From Dysgonamonadaceae bacterium (GTDB taxonomy: Bacteria; Bacteroidota; Bacteroidia; Bacteroidales; Azobacteroidaceae), in contig JAISUN010000005.1 of NCBI GenBank assembly GCA_031272085.1, positions 762 through 64,761 on the forward strand: a stretch of DNA of 64,000 bases, written 5' to 3'. Under the pieces are notes generated by a model, which was not told the DNA's origin, ran no database searches, and saw nothing but the letters and a program-made list of their open reading frames with translations. The position numbers were made by a program, and so were the translations under genes. Shown piece after piece: positions 57,677 to 64,000 of the stretch. Each line of letters starts with the position of its first letter. Position 1 is the stretch's first letter.

Positions 57677-59308
57677 TCATTCACTTTGAGCCGCCAAAAG
57701 AGGGTTAAGCCCCTCTTTTTCATTTTTCAGGGTTTCGACGGCTTTTTTTACCATTTTGTCGTTGTTGAGAATGGTATAATACATCATTTCTTCGCCGTAA
57801 AAATTTTGCAGGATATATGCGCTTGTCATATTAACTATCTGATTAGCAGAGGTATAAATCAGATTGCTGCGCCGCTTTACGCCTTTTTTCTCGGCAAACA
57901 GGACGACCTCGTCCAACAAATCCTGCGAATTAAGGTATTTCAGCAGGCCTTGCCAGTTCTCGAAACTTTTCAGCAGTCCGCGGTTGCTGTCGGAATAATC
58001 GAAGGCAAAAGAACGGAAAACATCGTTTTTTTCGAGTTTTATGTAATACGAAGTCAGTTCCGAAGTGTCCATTGGCACAAAAATATCGGGCATTATCCCA
58101 CCTCCGCCGTAAACTTTGCGACCGTTCAGGGTATGGAAAACTTTTGCCGTATCCACTACGCGGCTTGGGTCTTCTTCGGTAAATCCTTCTTTTACAAGGC
58201 GTTCTATCCATTCCTGATTGTAGCCTTCGGAATTTCCGAGTTCGTATTTCCGCTGAATATTCCGTCCCGAAGGAGTGAAATATCTTGCGATAGTAAGCCT
58301 CAAAGCCGAACCGTCGGAAAGTTCTATCTGATTCTGTATCAATCCTTTGCCATACGAGCGGCGGCCGATTATCAATCCGCGGTCGTTGTCCTGGATTGCT
58401 CCAGCAACTATTTCGCTGGCCGAGGCCGATATTTCGTCCATAAGTACTGCTAAATTGCATTTTTGGAGCGTTCCGGAGCCGTCTGCCTCAACATTTTCGC
58501 GCGGGAATGATTTGCCTTCGGCATAAACAATTACGCGGCCTTCGGGCAAAAATTCGTTGCAAATTTTGATTGCCGCATCGAAGGAGCCGCCCTTGTTGGA
58601 GCGCAAGTCGAGAATCAGCGAATTGCAGTTTTTCAGCCTCGCCATCGCGTTTACAAATTCGTCGTAGGTCGTGTGGCTGAACTCGGCAATTTTTATTATC
58701 CCTACGCCGGGCGACAGTTCGTAAGCCGCTTTCACGGTTTTTGTCGGAATATATGTGCGTATTATCCTGAATGTCAGCAGGCTGTCGGAATTATTCCGTT
58801 TTATGTTCAATTTGAGCGGCGAGCCGACTTTTCCGCGCATCACGTTTTCGATTTTTTCTTCCGAAAAATTTTCGCTCACGTATGACGAATCGTTTATTGC
58901 GACAATGCGGTCGCCTGCCAAAATGCCCGCCTGTTCGGCCGGGCCACCGTGCGAAAGGTAGGACACGACAAGCGTATCGCGATGATAAGCGTATTCAATT
59001 CCGATTCCCGCAAAATGGCCGTCCATACTCTCTTTCAGCGTTTCGAGGCTGCCGGCAGGGATGTAGTCGGAATGCGGGTCGAGTTCGCCCACAATCTTTG
59101 GTATTGAGTTCTCAATCATCTGCTGGATGTTGATTGTATCGACATATTCCTCATTTATAATATCCAGAACGAGGTCAATCTTGTTCTTTTTATTGAGGAA
59201 CAGTTTCCGCGACAGGGATTTGCTCGAAAAGAAATTCCCCGCAAAGAAGCCTGCTATCAATGCGATAAGGATAAAAATTATCAACTTCCAATTCAATCTT
59301 TTGCTCAT
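57677..59308 (-). CDS. S41-family C-terminal processing peptidase
   Basis: Start reassigned to MSKRLNWK. LDPHS, PDZ domain, LDLRSNKGG, SASASEIVAGAIQDNDRG, GKG. Confidence 0.93.
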   Translation of the reverse strand: MSKRLNWKLIIFILIALIAGFFAGNFFSSKSLSRKLFLNKKNKIDLVLDIINEEYVDTINIQQMIENSIPKIVGELDPHSDYIPAGSLETLKESMDGHFAGIGIEYAYHRDTLVVSYLSHGGPAEQAGILAGDRIVAINDSSYVSENFSEEKIENVMRGKVGSPLKLNIKRNNSDSLLTFRIIRTYIPTKTVKAAYELSPGVGIIKIAEFSHTTYDEFVNAMARLKNCNSLILDLRSNKGGSFDAAIKICNEFLPEGRVIVYAEGKSFPRENVEADGSGTLQKCNLAVLMDEISASASEIVAGAIQDNDRGLIIGRRSYGKGLIQNQIELSDGSALRLTIARYFTPSGRNIQRKYELGNSEGYNQEWIERLVKEGFTEEDPSRVVDTAKVFHTLNGRKVYGGGGIMPDIFVPMDTSELTSYYIKLEKNDVFRSFAFDYSDSNRGLLKSFENWQGLLKYLNSQDLLDEVVLFAEKKGVKRRSNLIYTSANQIVNMTSAYILQNFYGEEMMYYTILNNDKMVKKAVETLKNEKEGLNPLLAAQSE

Positions 59309-59321
59309 AATGACGTAAAAA

Positions 59322-59756
59322 TTACAGTTCGCCTTTGTCGATATAAACCATTTCGATACCGGCTCTTTCGAGCAGTTCGATACCGTCGGTAAGGCGGTAT
59401 TTTTCGGAATAAACAACCCGTTTGATTCCTGCCTGAATGATGAGTTTCGCACATTCGATGCAGGGCGAGGCGGTAACGTAGAGCGTAGAGCCGCCGCTGT
59501 TGTTGTTCGAGCGTGCAATTTTTGTAATTGCGTTGGCCTCGGCGTGCAGGACGTAGGGCTTCGTGGCGCCGTCTTCGTCTTCGCAAACGTTCTCGAAGCC
59601 GGAAGGAGTGCCGTTATAGCCGTCCGAGATAATCATCTTGTCTTTCACTATCAAGGCGCCAACCTGACGCCGTTTGCAATAAGAGTTTTCTGCCCAGATT
59701 TTCGCCATCCGCAAATATCGAATATCTAATGCCTTTTGTTTATCGAGTTCTTTCAT
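59322..59756 (-). CDS. dCMP deaminase family protein
   Basis: GYNGTP, HAEANA, SPCIEC. Confidence 0.93.
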   Translation of the reverse strand: MKELDKQKALDIRYLRMAKIWAENSYCKRRQVGALIVKDKMIISDGYNGTPSGFENVCEDEDGATKPYVLHAEANAITKIARSNNNSGGSTLYVTASPCIECAKLIIQAGIKRVVYSEKYRLTDGIELLERAGIEMVYIDKGEL

Positions 59757-59852
59757 CCAAAATCCTTTACGGCTGCAAAAGTACAAAAAAATCTATATTT
59801 TACGGCTTTTTTAGGGAAATTTTCAGTATTTTTTCAAAAATAATTAAAAAAA

Positions 59853-59884
59853 TTTGCGACTTGCAAAACTTTGCATTATCTTTG
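59853..59884 (+). promoter_or_regulatory. Promoter of rpsU
   Basis: TTTG-N20-TATCTTTG. Confidence 0.75.
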
Positions 59885-59938
59885 CAGCCCGAAAACAAAA
59901 TTTTATTAACATAAAAATTTAATTATCAAACAGAAATT

Positions 59939-60130
59939 ATGATTATTGTTCCATTAAAGGAAGGCGACAACATCGAACGCGCCCTGAAAAAATTCAAAAG
60001 AAAGTTCGAGAAGACCGGCGTAACCAAAGAATTACGCAACAGGCAGGCATTTTCCAAGCCCTCGGTAAAGAAAAGAAAAGAGAAAATTCACGCCATCTAC
60101 GTGCAGCAACTCCAACAGGCGGAAGATTAA
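59939..60130 (+). CDS. rpsU: 30S ribosomal protein bS21
   Basis: IERALKKFKRKF...F.KPSV. Confidence 0.96.
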   Translation: MIIVPLKEGDNIERALKKFKRKFEKTGVTKELRNRQAFSKPSVKKRKEKIHAIYVQQLQQAED

Positions 60131-60354
60131 TATCCTTAAAATCAACAATTTATCTCTAATCGCCCGATAGACAGCAGTCATCGGGAAAGGAAAAATATTG
60201 TCCCGGCGTAAAAAAATACGTCGGGATATAATTGTTTGCGCTCCATTCAATTTTATTTGCCTGAAAATCAATAAGATTTAAAAAATATTGCAGATTTCCT
60301 TTGCTGTTTGAAAAATATTTCATATCTTCGTTGCATAAAATTTAGACTGAAAAG

Positions 60355-61236
60355 ATGATAGATTCATTCCTGAAATACCTGCAATATGAGAAAAATTATT
60401 CGGTTCATACGGTTAATTCGTACAGGAATGACTTGCTTCAATTCGTCGAGTTTGTCTGCGGCGGCGAACCGGCATTTGTTCCCCGGGAAATAGACGAAGT
60501 TTGGGTGCGCCGATGGATGGCCGGGCTGATGGAAGAAGGTTATTCCGCCCTGTCGGTAAAACGCAAGTTGAGCAGCCTGAAATCGTTTTTCCGCTACCTT
60601 GCCGCCAACCGCCTGATTGACAAAAATCCGCTCCACTACCTGAAAGGCCCCAAGGCGAAAAAGCCCCTTCCCGCATTTGTTAAAGACGCCGATATGGATA
60701 CGGTTATTTCCGATTTCGACGGCTGCGACGCCTTTGAAGACGTCCGCGACCGCGCCGTTATCGACGTTTTCTACTCGACGGGGATGCGCTGCTCCGAACT
60801 TACCGGCCTTACAGACGGCGACGTGGATTTCGACGCAGGACTGCTTCGCGTGAACGGCAAGCGCAACAAACAACGTTTAGTCCCTTTTGCCGAAAATTTG
60901 AAAAACGGCCTCAAAGATTATATCTCATTGAGAAACAAAGAGATAGGCTCTCTTGCCTGTCAGGCCTTTTTCGTCCGCCGAAACGGGAAACCGCTTTCGC
61001 ACACCATAGTTTACGGCATCGTTCACCGGCATCTGTCGGAAATCCCGAATCTTACCAAGCGAAGCCCGCACGTGCTGCGGCATACCTTTGCAACAAGCAT
61101 GCTGAACAACGGCGCCGGACTGAACTCGGTAAAAGAACTGCTCGGCCACGCAAGTCTTTCATCTACGGAAGTTTATACACACAATACTTTTGAAGAACTA
61201 AAACGAGTTTATCACCAGGCTCATCCAAGAGCCTAA
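60355..61236 (+). CDS. xerC: Tyrosine recombinase XerC-like
   Basis: TGMRCSEL, GKRNKQR, HVLRHTFAT, LLGHASLSSTEVY, AHPRA; rpsU-xerC-hpf synteny. Confidence 0.9.
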   Translation: MIDSFLKYLQYEKNYSVHTVNSYRNDLLQFVEFVCGGEPAFVPREIDEVWVRRWMAGLMEEGYSALSVKRKLSSLKSFFRYLAANRLIDKNPLHYLKGPKAKKPLPAFVKDADMDTVISDFDGCDAFEDVRDRAVIDVFYSTGMRCSELTGLTDGDVDFDAGLLRVNGKRNKQRLVPFAENLKNGLKDYISLRNKEIGSLACQAFFVRRNGKPLSHTIVYGIVHRHLSEIPNLTKRSPHVLRHTFATSMLNNGAGLNSVKELLGHASLSSTEVYTHNTFEELKRVYHQAHPRA

Positions 61237-61241
61237 AATTT

Positions 61242-61250
61242 TAAGGAGGT
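61242..61250 (+). promoter_or_regulatory. Strong Shine-Dalgarno sequence before hpf
   Basis: TAAGGAGGT, 5 nt before ATG 61256. Confidence 0.8.
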
Positions 61251-61255
61251 TTATT

Positions 61256-61603
61256 ATGGAAATTGCAATTCATTCGCTTCACTTTGAAGCAAGCAGCAAA
61301 TTGGAGTCTTTCATAAGAAAGAAAATCAGCCGGCTGTCGAAATTTTTCGACGACGTTACAGCAGCCGACGTTACGCTTAAAGTTGTAAAACCGGAATCCA
61401 ACCAAAACAAGGATGCTTCGGTAAAGTTGTCCGCCCGCGGGCGGGAGTTTTTCGCGCAGGAAATTGCCGACACTTTTGAAGAGGCTATCGACAAATGCGC
61501 AGCCAAACTTGAACGGCAGGTTGTGAAAGTGAAAGGGAAACTGCTGGACAAAAAAGCCGGCGTTCCCGAAATAGAAATTCCCGAAATAGAGTTGGCGGAA
61601 TAG
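61256..61603 (+). CDS. hpf: Ribosome hibernation factor HPF/RaiA
   Basis: IHSLHFEAS.KLE.FI.KK...TFEEAID. Confidence 0.9.
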   Translation: MEIAIHSLHFEASSKLESFIRKKISRLSKFFDDVTAADVTLKVVKPESNQNKDASVKLSARGREFFAQEIADTFEEAIDKCAAKLERQVVKVKGKLLDKKAGVPEIEIPEIELAE

Positions 61604-61606
61604 TCC

Positions 61607-62023
<417 letters not shown>

Positions 62024-62036
62024 TTGCAATTAATTG

Positions 62037-62663
62037 TTAATCAAATAGATAACTGAAATCTTCGCCGTTTTTGGCAAGATAGGTTTTCATACCGAGGCGG
62101 TTTCCGATTTCGATATTGGCCGCACCGTCGTCGATAAACAGCGTTTCTTCGGCTTTGATGCCCGAATCGCGGAACAGATATTCGTAGATTGCCGGAGCAG
62201 GCTTGGTGCAGCCGATTTTGTAGGACAGGTAAAGTTTGTCGAAAAACTGGTCAATGCTTTTCCCCTGCGGCGAAAAGGCGGGAGTCAAGGCCCACGACAT
62301 AATAACCGGATTGGTGTTGCTCAACAGGAAAAGGCGGTATTTTTCTTTCAGCCGTTCGAGCAGGTTCAGTTTTGAAGCGGGGATTTCTTTCATAAAGCCC
62401 ATCCATGCGTACTCAATCCGCTCGTTGGGGATAAATTTTCCGGCCTCGCGGCGCAGGGCGTCGTAATATTCCTGCTGCGAGAGTTTTCCCTCTTCTAAAG
62501 CCAGAAAAATGCCTCTCTGATGGTAGGGGTCAAGCACTTTTTCTATCTCGTCGCAGCCAATTTCCTTGAAGCGTCGCAGGGCTTCGTCGAAATCGAGCGT
62601 AACAACCACGCCACCAAGGTCGAAGATAATATTTTTTATCCCGTTTAAGTCAATTTTTTGCAT
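62037..62663 (-). CDS. HAD-family phosphatase
   Basis: FDLGGV, LLSNTN, KP, FIDD. Confidence 0.92.
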   Translation of the reverse strand: MQKIDLNGIKNIIFDLGGVVVTLDFDEALRRFKEIGCDEIEKVLDPYHQRGIFLALEEGKLSQQEYYDALRREAGKFIPNERIEYAWMGFMKEIPASKLNLLERLKEKYRLFLLSNTNPVIMSWALTPAFSPQGKSIDQFFDKLYLSYKIGCTKPAPAIYEYLFRDSGIKAEETLFIDDGAANIEIGNRLGMKTYLAKNGEDFSYLFD

Positions 62664-62808
62664 TTATTTTTGTTTATTAATTTCTGAATGGCAATAAATA
62701 AGAACGTTCGTATCTATTGCAACGCGCTCAATCATAATTGTTTGCCTCTGTTGGCGTAAATACTTGTCTGTACATAATTTTCTGTTTTTAATTTAGATTG
62801 CAAAGATA
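62664..62808 (-). pseudogene. Collapsed PIN toxin-antitoxin relic with its promoter
   Basis: -7 TATCTTTG at 62801-62808. Mini-ORF MYRQVFTPTEANNYD (62775-62728) overlaps MIERVAIDTNVLIYCHSEINKQK (62735-62664), which carries the PIN DTNVLIY motif. Confidence 0.65.
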
Positions 62809-62863
62809 GTTTTTTTTCTATAAAAGCACAAGAAAAACCGAAAAATAAACTGCACATAAAATC

Positions 62864-62890
62864 CAGCGCAGGCCGTCGCAGCCTGCGCTG
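62864..62890. repeat. GC-rich hairpin (terminator or REP-like)
   Basis: CAGCGCAGGC-N7-GCCTGCGCTG, a perfect 10-bp stem. Confidence 0.7.
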
Positions 62891-62901
62891 AAATTTTGCG
62901 G

Positions 62902-63498
62902 CTAATCTGAAGAATTTAGATGCTTTAAATAGACACATTTATTTTCACGCCAAGTATTGATATATTTGGTAAGTATATAATTCCTGTCGTAAAAATAGAT
63001 TTCCCTATACGTTGTATCAATCAGGCTCTGTTTTATTGTAATATACTCATTATCATTTTGTTTCTTAATTTCGTATTTACACCTATCATAACCCAGATTG
63101 AAAACAAATATAGAGGTATAGTCGTCTTTTGGACAGTACTCAAAAACAGTATCTTTCAAGGAAAAAGTTATGATATGAGTAATATATGTATCATTTTCTT
63201 TACCTTCTTCTACTATTTGCGGGCCTAATCGTAACTCATAAAAATTACCATTTTCCTTTATAAATTTACTTTTCAAACTAAACCCCTCACTTCCTAAATA
63301 TCTTGATATTATGATACTGTCAGCATTATAAACAGATACAAACATACTGTCGTACATAAATTTATCATCAACTATAGAAGATACGGATTTATCGCAAATT
63401 AAACTATACTTCTCAATGTCGGAATTACAAGCCATACATATTACTGACAGGAATAAAATGTATATAAAAGCCTTTATTTCAATAATTTCTTTTTGCAT
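62902..63498 (-). CDS. AT-rich hypothetical lipoprotein (start uncertain)
   Basis: KAFIYILFLSVICMAC-N lipobox; composition far more AT-rich than the core genes. Confidence 0.6.
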   Translation of the reverse strand: MQKEIIEIKAFIYILFLSVICMACNSDIEKYSLICDKSVSSIVDDKFMYDSMFVSVYNADSIIISRYLGSEGFSLKSKFIKENGNFYELRLGPQIVEEGKENDTYITHIITFSLKDTVFEYCPKDDYTSIFVFNLGYDRCKYEIKKQNDNEYITIKQSLIDTTYREIYFYDRNYILTKYINTWRENKCVYLKHLNSSD

Positions 63499-63572
63499 GT
63501 TATTCTCTTCTTTAAATGTTTCTATATAATTAGAGTCAATTTTTTCCAATTCTTTTCGTGTAGAATTGTACC

Positions 63573-63610
63573 CTCTGCTCGTCGGTGGCTCCTGCCTGCG
63601 ACGAGCAGAG
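63573..63610. repeat. GC-rich hairpin (REP-like) between AT-rich genes
   Basis: CTCTGCTCGTCG-N14-CGACGAGCAGAG, a perfect 12-bp stem. Confidence 0.7.
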
Positions 63611-63629
63611 ATATGCGTATTCGCTATAA

Positions 63630-63995
63630 TTAACTACCACTTATAAAAAATGTCATATTTTTACTAATATTGTGATAATATGTATCTGCACTTTTAGCAT
63701 TATTAACAATTTCTTTTAATAAAGTGATAAATAACTTATCATTCAATAAGTCAGAATTTGATTCTTTAATCATAAACAATTCATCTATTATTAGACTCAA
63801 ATCACTATATCTGAATATTTTATATTTATCATAAACTATAATCAGAATATAGGCACATTCGCTTTGACTTCCTATAAAATCAAATTCATATAAGTTAAAA
63901 TCTTCTTGAAATTTAGGTTTACAATTATACTCTTTATCACAAATTAAATTATGAATTTTAATAAGTTTCGAGTAATCTGCCTTAAATTCATTCAT
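63630..63995 (-). CDS. AT-rich hypothetical protein, may extend beyond the window
   Basis: 121-aa ORF whose frame stays open to the window edge; no recognisable motif. Confidence 0.5.
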   Translation of the reverse strand: MNEFKADYSKLIKIHNLICDKEYNCKPKFQEDFNLYEFDFIGSQSECAYILIIVYDKYKIFRYSDLSLIIDELFMIKESNSDLLNDKLFITLLKEIVNNAKSADTYYHNISKNMTFFISGS

Positions 63996-64000
63996 ATACT

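Noticed and set aside
60152-60230. Two hairpins after rpsU as a possible sRNA
   Set aside because: They are adequately explained as terminator or stability stems before the separate xerC promoter, and nothing else supports an RNA gene.
60355-61236. XerC-like recombinase as the invertase for 27158-27423 or as a mobile-element integrase
   Set aside because: It has the housekeeping rpsU-xerC-hpf context and an AHPRA C-terminus, lies 33 kb away, and the inverton sites do not resemble dif.

Overview
This is a Bacteroidales chromosomal window, judged from TAnnTTTG -7 promoters, SusC/SusD and T9SS cargo, and the near absence of Shine-Dalgarno sites. Most of it is housekeeping: glsAB-like glycine-lipid acyltransferases, udk, a glnA(GSIII)-gltB-gltD-asnB nitrogen cluster, tgt-lptG, rplM-rpsI-rpsB-tsf, murB, dnaN, recF-dciA and rpsU-xerC-hpf. 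The most notable non-coding signal is a perfect 26-bp inverted repeat (27158-27183 and 27398-27423). Each copy is a GTCAC-N7-GTGAC dyad, and together they enclose a promoter that currently faces away from a secreted Ig/FISUMP-domain protein. This looks like an invertible phase-variation switch in the OFF state, with no invertase nearby. Other points of interest: a PIN toxin-antitoxin module bracketed by a duplicated 33-bp promoter; a collapsed PIN-TA relic whose promoter now precedes a HAD gene; three clustered paralogous HTH proteins of unknown function; two secreted proteins with a shared N-terminal module and different heads; a strong SD in front of hpf; and several eroded genes. No rRNA, tRNA, CRISPR array, transposase or reverse transcriptase was seen. 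All family assignments come from motif recognition by eye, not from database searches.
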